A stretch of 40,909 bases of DNA, filler included, from Candidatus Nanoarchaeia archaeon (lineage in GTDB: Archaea > Nanobdellota > Nanobdellia > Woesearchaeales > DATDTY01): NCBI GenBank assembly GCA_035290625.1. It is 3 parts of 3 records of this genome, joined end to end, with 100 filler letters (N's around TTAATTAATTAA, not from the genome) between each part and the next. Parts side by side here need not be neighbours in the genome. Positions count along the whole stretch, not along the records: positions 1 to 3,751 come from DATDTY010000082.1; positions 3,852 to 32,835 come from DATDTY010000083.1; 1 more part is not named here. One strand, written 5' to 3'. The position numbers and the translations under genes were made by a program. Positions 1-9,675 of the stretch are shown in pieces (within the stretch, counting starts at the first letter, position 1; every line of letters starts with the position of its first letter). A model generated the notes under the pieces. The model ran no database searches. It was not told the DNA's origin and worked only from the letters and a program-made list of their open reading frames with translations.

Positions 1-28
1 TCTCACATAATAAAGAAAACGATGATCC

Positions 29-1858
29 TTATCCCATTACCTCAATCTTCTCTCCCATCACGATGGCATCAGCGAGGAGCTTCCCAATCTTGCTTTTCCT
101 GTTAATGTTGATCATGCCGGATTTCCCGACTTTTGCCTGCATCACAAAATCCCGCTGGTGGTAGATAGACACATCCCGATCCTGGTATTCAGGCCCAAGA
201 ATGAGCTGGACAGCTTGTTTTGAGAGCCGGGGCTCAAAGGACAGGGAATTTCCAAGGCTCGGGGCCTCGCCTTTGAACTCTGTAAGGCTGCGCACATCAA
301 TGCTGATGCCCAGCTTTTTCTCCATTTTCTCGATGCTCTCTCCCTGCTTTCCGATAATCCGGGCGATATCCCTCTCCGGAACATAGACTGCAACCCTTCC
401 ATCCGAAAGCATCTCTGCGCGCACATGCTTGACAAGCAGGGAAAACTCATCTTCAATGGCACGCTGCGCAAGCTTCTGGGAAGGCGATTGTGTGGCTCCC
501 TTCACAGGTATGACAACGGTCTCCTCACCGTACGAATACAGCTCGTACTCAGCTTTCTTCGTCTCGAAATCAGTCACAACAACAATCGGCCTCGCCAGAT
601 CCTCCTCGGTCATTCCCTCTGGCACTTTCACAGTCATCATTATGGAAAGCACCTTTGATGGCTTTCCGTTCTTGATGAAGATGACAGTATCAATAACCTG
701 GGGAATGACTCCAAGCTCAATCCTCCCGACAAAGCGCTGGATTGCATCAATAGGCTTTGAGGCATGGACAACGCCGACAAGGCCGATGCCTGCAAGCCTG
801 AGGTCAGTGAAGAGGTGGAAGTCCTGGGTGTTTCTCATCTCATCGAAAATCGTATAGTCCGGCCTGGACAGGAGCAGGATATCATGGATCTCCTGCGCAT
901 CAGCATGCGAGATTGCATATTGTGTGATAGTATCGGCAAGGATAAGATCCCTGGGAGCTTCGATGGTCTTGACAATCTTGAGCTTGCTTGCGTAGAATTC
1001 TGCCAGCGCCTGGGCAAAGGTTGACTTTCCCATCCCCGGAGCCCCGGCGATGAGGACACCCTCGGCCTGGGACTCTATCCGCTGCCTGAGCCGCTCAGAG
1101 AGATGGTAATCTTCCATGCTGAGCTTGGTGATTGGCCGCACAGCAGTGATCTCCCATGCATCAGACAAGGGTGGCTTTGTTATAACAATCCGATACGGAC
1201 CAAGCTGGACAATGGTTGATCCTGGCCGCTCAATCTCGATAAACGCATCGTTCCGCACGCCAGCGTTTTCTATAATCTCCCGGGCAAGTTCCTGGAGCTT
1301 TTCCCGCGAGAGAAGGGTAGAGCCAATAGTGGAGAATTTCCAGTCTCCGGGAAGCCCTTGCTTTGCAGAAGGGAGAACGCCTTCCCTCAGGTGCACCGAC
1401 ATGGTCGTGCTGTCAAAATACGACTCGAGTTGGATGGGCTTAGGTGTCTTCTCAAACTTCTTGAAATGGACAGGGATGCCACGCACATCTGCAATTTGCT
1501 TTTGCAGGCTATTGTGGGTGAAGAGAGTGACCCCCTCATCATAGCAGAGGTCAAGGATAAGCGAGTCCACTTTTTCAAGTGTTAAGTGCTCTAATTCAAG
1601 CTGCGTCGGCATGCGGCCAGTAAATTCAATCTGGAAATTCAGGCGTGACGATGCTTTTCGCAGCCGGTCAAGCTCATCCATTCCCACAAATCCCTTCGCC
1701 TTGTTCTCCTGAGCGCTCTTGTGAAGAAAAGCGACTAATGCGTTGTGGATAAGAATCTTCTCTGCCTTGATGCCGCCTTGCTCAAGGCTGGCAGAGACCA
1801 GTCCTTCCAGCAGGACTGAGCTGTCTGGCACAATCCGTTCTATCGTGAGCATACACAA
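29..1858 (-). CDS. PIN-domain ATPase with C-terminal KH domain (PINA/MJ1533-like)
   Basis: N-terminal IVPDSSVL PIN-like start; Walker A GAPGMGKST; Walker B IFDEMR; KH motif ARIIGKQG. Confidence 0.9.
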   Translation of the reverse strand: MCMLTIERIVPDSSVLLEGLVSASLEQGGIKAEKILIHNALVAFLHKSAQENKAKGFVGMDELDRLRKASSRLNFQIEFTGRMPTQLELEHLTLEKVDSLILDLCYDEGVTLFTHNSLQKQIADVRGIPVHFKKFEKTPKPIQLESYFDSTTMSVHLREGVLPSAKQGLPGDWKFSTIGSTLLSREKLQELAREIIENAGVRNDAFIEIERPGSTIVQLGPYRIVITKPPLSDAWEITAVRPITKLSMEDYHLSERLRQRIESQAEGVLIAGAPGMGKSTFAQALAEFYASKLKIVKTIEAPRDLILADTITQYAISHADAQEIHDILLLSRPDYTIFDEMRNTQDFHLFTDLRLAGIGLVGVVHASKPIDAIQRFVGRIELGVIPQVIDTVIFIKNGKPSKVLSIMMTVKVPEGMTEEDLARPIVVVTDFETKKAEYELYSYGEETVVIPVKGATQSPSQKLAQRAIEDEFSLLVKHVRAEMLSDGRVAVYVPERDIARIIGKQGESIEKMEKKLGISIDVRSLTEFKGEAPSLGNSLSFEPRLSKQAVQLILGPEYQDRDVSIYHQRDFVMQAKVGKSGMININRKSKIGKLLADAIVMGEKIEVMG

Positions 1859-1877
1859 GGGTGAAGAGGGGGATTAT

Positions 1878-3239
1878 TTAAGGGTTATGGTGGCGTATCT
1901 TTTCCAGCAGAAAGCTTGTGAGCCTGTCCGCATCATCCTTCTTCAACCCATCAAGATGCAGGAGTTCCTGCGAAGATTTGCCGATTGTAGAGAAATGGAC
2001 ATCCCAGAGGCCAAACAGCTTGTCATAGATATCCTCATCAACAAATACGTTCTGGATTTTGCGATAGGGGGTCGCAGATTCTACAGTGGTGAAGATCCCC
2101 CTCTTAAAGATGAAAAGATCCTGCGTTGAGGCATAGGACATGCTTTGGATGAAAAAGAAATCCCTTGCTGCGTGGATGAGAAAGGCAAAAGGAGGGAGCA
2201 CAAGAAAGCTGAGAAGAAAAACAAGAAGCACAGGAACGCCGATTCCGATGGCGAAGATCCTGACAAGGATTACTCCGATGACAAAAAGGGAGGTAAGGCC
2301 GACAAGCAGCCTTGCCGTTGCCCCCAATCCGGTCTTCATTGGCCGCCATACTGAAATATTTACTTCAGCCAGATCCTTGAAATGAGATTCAGACAGCCCC
2401 ATATTCCTGATGAGTGTGCTTCGCAGGAGTTTTGCATCAGCAGCAGAAAGGTAGGGGATGGCGTTCAGGATTACGTCCTTCCGCTCTTTGCCGACAACCC
2501 CCAGCCTGAGGTCGCCTGTTTCGATGATGAGGTCTGCAAGCCCAGTCAGCCGCCTCCAGATGCTCCTCCTGATGTGGATATCCTGGATCTTGTGATACGG
2601 AATATGCACACGAGCCTTTGAAAAGAGAGAGTAGTCCAGCTCAAGGTTGTTTGGCAGGACATAAAAAGAGAAGGCGATCTTGAACAGCAGGAGTTTAGAG
2701 ACGAATCCTATAAAAAAGAAAAGATAGAGGAGGGAAAGAACGCCATTGTTGAGAACGAAAGGCAGCCCGGCAGACCATGCGAGGATCAGCGCACCACACT
2801 GGAAGAGTGCGTGGACTCTATACGTCTGCCCTTTTTTCTGCTCGGTTTTTGCGTGTTGCAGGACTGTTATCACCTCATTGGCGTCGTTGATGGAAAGGGC
2901 TGAAAGCCTGCCAGGCTGCTGGGAAATGGTCTTGACCTCAATGGAGGTAAGCCCAAGAAGGCGCTCCAGAAAAGACTGGGTGCGATGAGTGTCCTGGATC
3001 TTGTCGTACAGAAAAAGAGCTCTTGACTTGGCGAAGATTCCGGATTGAATGAACAGCCCATCATCCCTCAGATCATAATGCTCGAAGAAAAGCCGTAGGG
3101 AATTCATTGAAAATGCTGCAACAAAAAAGAGTATGAACAGGAAGTCCTCAGTAAAGCCGGTGGTGAGCCCGATGAGGAGGGCGATGATGATCCCCGGAGC
3201 AAGGCTGAGCAGCGCCTGCGGTTTGTAGATGCGGCTCAT
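1878..3239 (-). CDS. Membrane protein with three bacterial PH (bPH_2) domains, YdbT-like
   Basis: Three repeats of a TM pair plus a Y-x-KIQ(D/N) ... (L/T)FG(L) motif (LYDKIQD, PYHKIQD, PYRKIQN). Confidence 0.8.
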   Translation of the reverse strand: MSRIYKPQALLSLAPGIIIALLIGLTTGFTEDFLFILFFVAAFSMNSLRLFFEHYDLRDDGLFIQSGIFAKSRALFLYDKIQDTHRTQSFLERLLGLTSIEVKTISQQPGRLSALSINDANEVITVLQHAKTEQKKGQTYRVHALFQCGALILAWSAGLPFVLNNGVLSLLYLFFFIGFVSKLLLFKIAFSFYVLPNNLELDYSLFSKARVHIPYHKIQDIHIRRSIWRRLTGLADLIIETGDLRLGVVGKERKDVILNAIPYLSAADAKLLRSTLIRNMGLSESHFKDLAEVNISVWRPMKTGLGATARLLVGLTSLFVIGVILVRIFAIGIGVPVLLVFLLSFLVLPPFAFLIHAARDFFFIQSMSYASTQDLFIFKRGIFTTVESATPYRKIQNVFVDEDIYDKLFGLWDVHFSTIGKSSQELLHLDGLKKDDADRLTSFLLEKIRHHNP

Positions 3240-3721
3240 TCAGATTTCCCGCGTTTCGGTATTCTTGAAAGGATTTTGCTTCGCAGCTTTTCAGCGTTGC
3301 TATAGTTCAGGCCGTCAATATGCGCATTTTCTCCAGACATAGGCGTAGCAGTCGAGACATGGACATCCCATAAGCCAAAGATCCTGTCAAGGAGATCCTG
3401 ATCTGAATAAACATCCTGGAGTTTGCTGTAGGGAAGGATAGTCTCCCTTCGTGTTACAGCCCCTTTTTTGATGACAATAAAATTCCTTTCAATGTCATAA
3501 TAATACGTTTCGTAGTAAACCCGTTCATACCAATAGATGAGAAACGGCGCTATGAAATACAACGCATCAACAATGACCAGGAAATATTTTAATTGTTGCC
3601 AAAAGAAGAGATGGAGCCAGAAAGGAGCCAGGAAAAACGATGCCATAAGAGACAAGGCTCCAAGGAGCGTTTTCTTGACGATCTTAACCCGTTCCAGCGG
3701 AAGCTCTTCGACTGTTTTCAT
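3236..3721 (-). CDS. Membrane protein with single bPH_2 domain, YdbS-like
   Basis: Two TM helices then PYSKLQDVYSDQDLLDRIFGLWDVHVSTA; ATGA overlap with the downstream gene. Confidence 0.8.
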   Translation of the reverse strand: MKTVEELPLERVKIVKKTLLGALSLMASFFLAPFWLHLFFWQQLKYFLVIVDALYFIAPFLIYWYERVYYETYYYDIERNFIVIKKGAVTRRETILPYSKLQDVYSDQDLLDRIFGLWDVHVSTATPMSGENAHIDGLNYSNAEKLRSKILSRIPKRGKSE

Positions 3722-3751
3722 AAAGAATCTGTTGAAACAGTGATATATAAA

Positions 3752-3851
3752 NNNNNNNNNNNNNNNNNNNNNNNNNNNNNNNNNNNNNNNNNNNNTTAAT
3801 TAATTAANNNNNNNNNNNNNNNNNNNNNNNNNNNNNNNNNNNNNNNNNNNN
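3752..3851. other. Artificial contig linker (N run with TTAATTAATTAA)
   Basis: 100-nt N block containing a six-frame stop spacer. Confidence 0.97.
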
Positions 3852-3936
3852 ATCCTGCCAAGTCAGCGATTTCCTGTTGTGTTTTCCCTTGGTTTGCCCA
3901 CTTAAGGACAAGTTCGCGTGTTTGAAGGTTTAACAT
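3852..3936 (-). CDS. Truncated helix-turn-helix protein N-terminus, possibly a transposase
   Basis: Manual translation MLNLQTRELVLKWANQGKTQQEIADLAG runs into the contig end; G-K-T-Q-x-E-I-A pattern is typical of HTH. Confidence 0.5.
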
Positions 3937-4057
3937 GCAAACAAGAAAACACAGATACTATATAAACTATGCGTTATTTTTGTCTTATACTAATCATTAG
4001 GAACTATTAAATACTGGTTTCCCCCATATCAATATCAAGATATACGCGGAAGGGCGC

Positions 4058-5833
4058 ATGGTGAAAAGAATATCAATCTTTGGAATTCTATTTCTGCTGT
4101 TAGGGCCTTCTCTTGCCTTTGCTAATTTCCCTCCAGAATTAACAGAAGGGCACGCAGAACCGCCTGTCGCTGCGCCTGGCGATCTTATTGTTTACCAAGT
4201 TACGTATATCGATGAAGATGGTGATGCTCCGGAATATGTGAGGATTATCTTTACCGGGAAGGAAGCAAGAGAGATGAGGAAGATAAGCGGAGATTATAAG
4301 ACCGGATCTGTATATGAATTCAGCTGGAAACAAGATGATAGTTTTGACTATCGCTTTGAAGCAAGCGATGGAAAAGAGACTGCTCAACTGCCTTGGTATG
4401 GCGGCACTCTGGCTCCGGTCAATATCGTTTCTGAAAAGTTGGAAAGCAACAAGATCTATTTTTTCTCCAGAGAAACTAATGAGCCGCTTTGGAGTTATGA
4501 TATTGGAAAAAACCAGGTGCAAAATGCAGTCATTTCAGATGATGGCAGCAGCATTGCAGTGAAAACAAATGATTATATCTACTTTTTTTCTAAGGATGGC
4601 GATCAGCCGTTATGGGGGCATCAATGCGAGACCGGAGAAGAAGACCCTTCTGGCGGAGGCGGTTGGGTTGATATCTCTGCTGATGGAGGCTCTATCGCTG
4701 GCGGCTGTCGTGGGTCTCTAACGCTCTTTTCAGGCGATGGAAAATCCGTATGGACAAGCAAAGACGCCAGTGGAGTCTATGCAGTTTCTATTTCAGCTGA
4801 TGGTGAATATCTTGCTATTGGAACCTCATTCAGCGACGAGCTTATCTTCTTTTCTAAGAAAAGCAATAGGCCGCTTTGGAAATACCATGCAACATCGGAT
4901 GTGCATGGCTTGTCGGTTTCTTCTGATGGCAGCCTCGTTGCTGCTGGCTCTCATTCTCCTGAAGAGATAGCCTACCTCTTTTCAAAGGAAAGCAATCTTC
5001 CCTTAACGAAACACAAGACGAGCCCCGATGCGCCAGTCTGGACTGCTGCAATGTCCAGAGATGGAAGATATAGTGTCTACGGATTGGACAGCGCAGATAC
5101 CTACACTTCAATTTTTCTTTTCTCAAATGATAAAAATACTCCTCTAAAAACCTGGACAACGGATTGGTGGGTCCGCTCTGTAGACATATCCTCTAACGGC
5201 AAATACATCGTTGCTGGAAGCGGAGACCACAATGTGTATTTAATTGACAGGGATAACGACGAGCCACTATGGAAGTTTGAGGCTGGTGAAAGGGTCGGTT
5301 CTGTTTCTATCTCGCAAGATGGGAATTACATCGCTGCGGGAAGCAAGGATAAAAAGGTCTATCTCTTCTCTAAAGAAAGCAATGTTCCGTTATGGGGTTA
5401 TAAAGCAGATTCCTGGGTCGATGCTGTTGCAGTCTCTGCCGATGGCAGCTATATTGTGGCTGGAACTGGCGCCACCAGCTATATGTCCGAAGGGCATCAT
5501 CCAATCTATAATCCGGAAAAACGTATAAAAGAAGAGATTGAAGGCAATGGGGAAGGCGTTGGAAAAAATTCTGAAGGAGAAAAAGAAACTTTTGAAAAAG
5601 AAGCAATTTGCGGGGATGGGATTTGCGAAGGTGCAGAAACTTATGAACGTTGTCCAAATGATTGTTGCGGTGAAGACTGTAACCTTGTAGAGGATATTTC
5701 TGAAGGAGAGAATGACGGCAAAAAGGGAGACACCAAACAGGCAGACATTAAACGGGAGGGCATCGAACCAAACGAAGAGAAGAGTTTATTTGAGAAGATA
5801 ATTGGGTTTTTCAGAGGACTGTTTGGAAAGTGA
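4058..5833 (+). CDS. Secreted WD40/PQQ-like beta-propeller protein with Cys-rich C-terminal repeat
   Basis: Signal peptide; repeated (V/I)S-x-DG-x-YI-x-AGS ... PLW blades; CGDGICE...CPNDC motif; amphipathic tail SLFEKIIGFFRGLFGK. Confidence 0.8.
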   Translation: MVKRISIFGILFLLLGPSLAFANFPPELTEGHAEPPVAAPGDLIVYQVTYIDEDGDAPEYVRIIFTGKEAREMRKISGDYKTGSVYEFSWKQDDSFDYRFEASDGKETAQLPWYGGTLAPVNIVSEKLESNKIYFFSRETNEPLWSYDIGKNQVQNAVISDDGSSIAVKTNDYIYFFSKDGDQPLWGHQCETGEEDPSGGGGWVDISADGGSIAGGCRGSLTLFSGDGKSVWTSKDASGVYAVSISADGEYLAIGTSFSDELIFFSKKSNRPLWKYHATSDVHGLSVSSDGSLVAAGSHSPEEIAYLFSKESNLPLTKHKTSPDAPVWTAAMSRDGRYSVYGLDSADTYTSIFLFSNDKNTPLKTWTTDWWVRSVDISSNGKYIVAGSGDHNVYLIDRDNDEPLWKFEAGERVGSVSISQDGNYIAAGSKDKKVYLFSKESNVPLWGYKADSWVDAVAVSADGSYIVAGTGATSYMSEGHHPIYNPEKRIKEEIEGNGEGVGKNSEGEKETFEKEAICGDGICEGAETYERCPNDCCGEDCNLVEDISEGENDGKKGDTKQADIKREGIEPNEEKSLFEKIIGFFRGLFGK

Positions 5834-8073
5834 GAAAAATAATTTTAATGGTATTGATTTTCGCTATTTTGGTTAGTGGTTGCACTAAAGAAATTGAAGA
5901 ATCAACCAAAGAAATATTAGTAAAAGAACTAAAGGAAGAAATAAAACCATCAGAACCTACTTATAAATACGTGACAGAAAAACCTACCGGCTGGTTTAGA
6001 ACAGGACAGGAAGCGGATATTGTTTTGTATGCAACCGGATTTAACGAAAGTGGCGGTCCTCTAGTCTTGAATCATCCTAGTAAAGTTGCTACAGACGGTA
6101 AGAAATTGATTGTTTCTGACACATGGAATCACCGTGTTTTAATCTGGAATGAAATTCCTACAAAGACTGATCAAGCACCAGATTTAGTATTAGGGCAGCC
6201 TGATTTTAGTTCGAATATAGGAAAATTGGGAGCAAGTGGGATGAACTGGCCAATTGGTGTGGCAACAGATGGGGAGAGATTGTTGGTGGCAGACGCAAAT
6301 AATGATAGGGTATTAATCTGGAGTGAATTTCCTACAAGTAATGGTCAGCCCGCAGATTTTGTTTTAGGAGCCCCTGATTTTGATAGTTGGTCGAGATATC
6401 TCGATTGGGAGGCCCAAAGGAAGAAAGAGCCAAGCACAAAAGACCCCAGAAAGGAGATTAACTGGCCATGGGACGTTTGGACCGATGGGAAAAGAGTGGC
6501 GATTGCAAGTACAACAGACAGCTCTGTTTTGATCTGGAATTCTTTTCCAGAAGAAAACAATCAGCCTGCTGATCTGATTTTAGGCCAGCCGGATTTTCAG
6601 ACTCGCTTCAGAGACAAAAACGAACTAGTTAATTGGCCCATTCCTTTGGTTTCACTGATGACACCTAGAAGTATAACTTCTAATGGGGAATATCTAGCGA
6701 TAGGAATGTATGGCGGATACGGGATGTACGTGTGGAAGAGCTTTCCAACGGAAAATGGCCAGCCTGCAGATTTTGTTACCTACCCAAAGCGTCTTCCAGA
6801 TGAGCCGACTGGTATGGTGGCAGGTTTAACAATTGATAACGGCAAATTGTTTGTCACGAGTAGCCACCAGGTTTTTGTATGGAACAACTTGCCTATGGAT
6901 GAAAACCAGAAAGAAGATTTTCGCATAGGAAAATTAGACCCGAGCTTAGAACGTGGCGGGCTGTCAGCACCCGAAGGTGTTGCTAGTGATGGACAAAGAT
7001 TATTTGTGGCTGACACCTATCAAAATAGAGTCTTGATCTTTAATAAAGTTCCAGCCGAAGTGGATGCCAAATCAGATTTGATTTTAGGCCAGCCGGATTT
7101 TGGCATTGACATTTTCTCTTCAAAAAATAGTTTTCCTAACCCGTTTCCATATTCAAATGGCAAACAGCTTTTTGTGTGTTCTGGTTCACGCCTAGGGTTA
7201 GCAATTTACAGGCAGATTCCTGATGAAAGCAAAGCAAAAGCAGACATAGTCATATCAAATTGGAGCGGAGCAGAACTCGGTGATTGCGGACAAATAACAA
7301 GTGATGGAAAAAGGTTGATTATTGCTGCCAGGGGATCGGGTAAGATTTTAATTTGGAATAATATCCCGGAGAAGAATAATCAGTTACCTGATATTATCCT
7401 TGGGCAGACAACTGATTTATCACAATACAGACATGGGATAGGGAAGTATAGTTTCAATGGCCCTATGGGTGTTACAACTGATGGTACAAATCTATTTGTA
7501 AGCGACAGCGACAACAACCGCATTCTTGTCTGGAATCAAATACCAGTTGCTAATCAGGCCCTTCCAGATTTTGTTTTAGGCCAGCCAGATTTTGAAACGA
7601 ATTCCGAAGGCGGTGCGCTTAACCAACTCTCACATCCAGTGCAGATATCTACTGATGGAAAAAAGTTGGTAGTTGCCGATCATTCCAATAACAGGGTATT
7701 GGTATGGAAGGAATTGCCCACAAGAAGCCAGCAGTCAGCAGATTTTGAAATAAAAATCATCAATCATTCAGAAAATATTGCTGACTTGCCACCAACTGCT
7801 AAGTTAAGCATGCCTGCAGGAGTTTATGCATATAACAATAGCCTGTTTGTTGCTGATGGAAATAATAGGGTGCTTATCTGGAATTCTTTCCCTGAGAATG
7901 GGCTAGAAGAGCCTGACATTGTTTTAGGCCAGCCGGATTTTGTAAGCCAATACAAAACTAATTCTAAAGATGGGCTTTTTATGCCACATTATCTTAGCTT
8001 TGATGGAAGCTATCTCTGGGTAGGAGAGATGAAATTTTCGAATAGGTTATTAAGGTTTAGTGTTGAAAAATGA
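5830..8073 (+). CDS. NHL-repeat beta-propeller lipoprotein
   Basis: GTG start; lipobox-like VSGC; repeats of ATDGxxLxVAD..N.RVLIWN..P......D.VLGQPDF. Confidence 0.85.
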   Translation: MRKIILMVLIFAILVSGCTKEIEESTKEILVKELKEEIKPSEPTYKYVTEKPTGWFRTGQEADIVLYATGFNESGGPLVLNHPSKVATDGKKLIVSDTWNHRVLIWNEIPTKTDQAPDLVLGQPDFSSNIGKLGASGMNWPIGVATDGERLLVADANNDRVLIWSEFPTSNGQPADFVLGAPDFDSWSRYLDWEAQRKKEPSTKDPRKEINWPWDVWTDGKRVAIASTTDSSVLIWNSFPEENNQPADLILGQPDFQTRFRDKNELVNWPIPLVSLMTPRSITSNGEYLAIGMYGGYGMYVWKSFPTENGQPADFVTYPKRLPDEPTGMVAGLTIDNGKLFVTSSHQVFVWNNLPMDENQKEDFRIGKLDPSLERGGLSAPEGVASDGQRLFVADTYQNRVLIFNKVPAEVDAKSDLILGQPDFGIDIFSSKNSFPNPFPYSNGKQLFVCSGSRLGLAIYRQIPDESKAKADIVISNWSGAELGDCGQITSDGKRLIIAARGSGKILIWNNIPEKNNQLPDIILGQTTDLSQYRHGIGKYSFNGPMGVTTDGTNLFVSDSDNNRILVWNQIPVANQALPDFVLGQPDFETNSEGGALNQLSHPVQISTDGKKLVVADHSNNRVLVWKELPTRSQQSADFEIKIINHSENIADLPPTAKLSMPAGVYAYNNSLFVADGNNRVLIWNSFPENGLEEPDIVLGQPDFVSQYKTNSKDGLFMPHYLSFDGSYLWVGEMKFSNRLLRFSVEK

Positions 8074-8519
8074 AAATATTTGGAAAAACCTTGAAAGAAT
8101 ACATTTTGCCAATTTGGTATTATATAGTGGGAGCAGTTTTAGTGGTAGCGTTGCAATACTATGTGGCGCTGCATTTATCTGACAGGTTTCCTTTTGCCTT
8201 AAACTTAACCCAGGCTTTATGGGCCCTTATGGTGGCTTTGTCAGTAGTTAAGCTTACCGTGCTTTATGATTTTAATTTTAAGAATGTCCTGGTTTTGGGA
8301 GTTTTATATTCTTTTATCATCCACGGGCTCAAGGCCTTTGTCTTTAGGGTATTTTTATTCCCTTACTCAGACCCTACTGTTGAGCAATATATCCTGCATC
8401 TCTTAAACAGGTTTCTGTATGGAAGCTTTTTGGTTATGGTCATTGTTGTCGTTCTTGGGCTTCTCTTTATTCAGTTAAAGAATAATTCAGAAGTTAGAAA
8501 GGAAGCTCGGTGGCTATGA
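8070..8519 (+). CDS. Hypothetical 4-TM membrane protein
   Basis: Four hydrophobic segments; tightly coupled to both neighbours (4-bp overlap upstream, 1-bp gap downstream). Confidence 0.75.
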   Translation: MKIFGKTLKEYILPIWYYIVGAVLVVALQYYVALHLSDRFPFALNLTQALWALMVALSVVKLTVLYDFNFKNVLVLGVLYSFIIHGLKAFVFRVFLFPYSDPTVEQYILHLLNRFLYGSFLVMVIVVVLGLLFIQLKNNSEVRKEARWL

Positions 8520-8520
8520 A

Positions 8521-9675
8521 ATGAAAAAAATAATATCAGTTTTGCTTATTTTATCAATTTTTCTTATTGGCTGTGCTGGAAAAATAGAAAAAATTAAAGA
8601 AGAAAAACCATCTGAAGAAGCGGTAAAAACAGGGCCTCCGCTCATTGCGGAGGAAAAAGAGCCAGAGAAAGAAATAATCAAAGAAAGGCCAGAAGAAAAA
8701 ATGCCAGAAGAAAAAATAGAATCAGTCAGTATTCCCGCGGATATTGAAGAGAATTGTATAGGTTTTCTTACTGGGACCCCGCAAGAGGCAGAATTGATTA
8801 GTTTAATAGGAGCAGCATGGGCCAGACCTCACTCAGGACCATTTGCCTGGGGATGGATAGAGCCAAAAAAAGGAGAATTTGATTTTATTCCCGTAGATGA
8901 GTGGATAAAAAAAGCGCAAGAGAATAAGGTGGCGATCCTTGCCACAATATGGCCTTACGCTGAGTGGGATCAAAAGCAGTGTCGTTCTTCCAGCTGTGAA
9001 GTGCCATCTGGAGACCAATTCTATCCCTGGGGTAAAATAGGCGGAATACCCAAATCGAGATGCGCTCCCTGCAATCTTGAAGACTACAAAAATTTCCTTT
9101 CAGAGCTCGTGGAGAGATACGATGGCGATGGAATTGATGATATGCCTAATTTAATAATTCCAATAAAGTATTATGAAATCTTAAATGAGCCTGAAATGAA
9201 AGAGCCTGATTTAACCTTTTATAAAGGGACAGAAGAAGAATATGTTCAGATTTTAAAACTCAGCAATGAAGCAATAAAACTGGCTTGTGCAGACTGCAAA
9301 GTTGTTCAGGGCGGCGCAGCAGGTATAATGCCTAATATGCTTGCTTACTGGAGAAAAATTTTTGAATTAGGCGGAGCGGATTATTTTGATATAGCAAATA
9401 TTCACTATATCAATTCAAGAGATTTAAATACGTTGAATGTAAAGGATTTCAAAAAGCTTATGCAGGAGAAAAATATTAACAAACCAATCTGGGTGACAGA
9501 AGCAGAATACGGTTCTGAGTCCCAAGTTGAAGCATCTGCAGAAGGGGCATTAAATGCAGGCGCTTCAAAAATATTTTTCACAAGATTTAAAGCAGGACAA
9601 AAAAGCCCTCCAAAGCCAGGAGAGTATTCAAAAATTTATGATAGAATACCCTTAAAATGCAGGCAAGTAGAATGA
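8521..9675 (+). CDS. Clan GH-A glycoside hydrolase lipoprotein (GH5/GH39-like)
   Basis: Lipobox-like LIGC; YYEILNEP acid/base motif; NIHY; KPIWVTEAE nucleophile motif. Confidence 0.75.
   Translation: MKKIISVLLILSIFLIGCAGKIEKIKEEKPSEEAVKTGPPLIAEEKEPEKEIIKERPEEKMPEEKIESVSIPADIEENCIGFLTGTPQEAELISLIGAAWARPHSGPFAWGWIEPKKGEFDFIPVDEWIKKAQENKVAILATIWPYAEWDQKQCRSSSCEVPSGDQFYPWGKIGGIPKSRCAPCNLEDYKNFLSELVERYDGDGIDDMPNLIIPIKYYEILNEPEMKEPDLTFYKGTEEEYVQILKLSNEAIKLACADCKVVQGGAAGIMPNMLAYWRKIFELGGADYFDIANIHYINSRDLNTLNVKDFKKLMQEKNINKPIWVTEAEYGSESQVEASAEGALNAGASKIFFTRFKAGQKSPPKPGEYSKIYDRIPLKCRQVE

Noticed and set aside
3752..3851. TTAATTAATTAA palindrome as a biological site
   Set aside because: An identical spacer sits inside both N runs, so it is an artificial linker.
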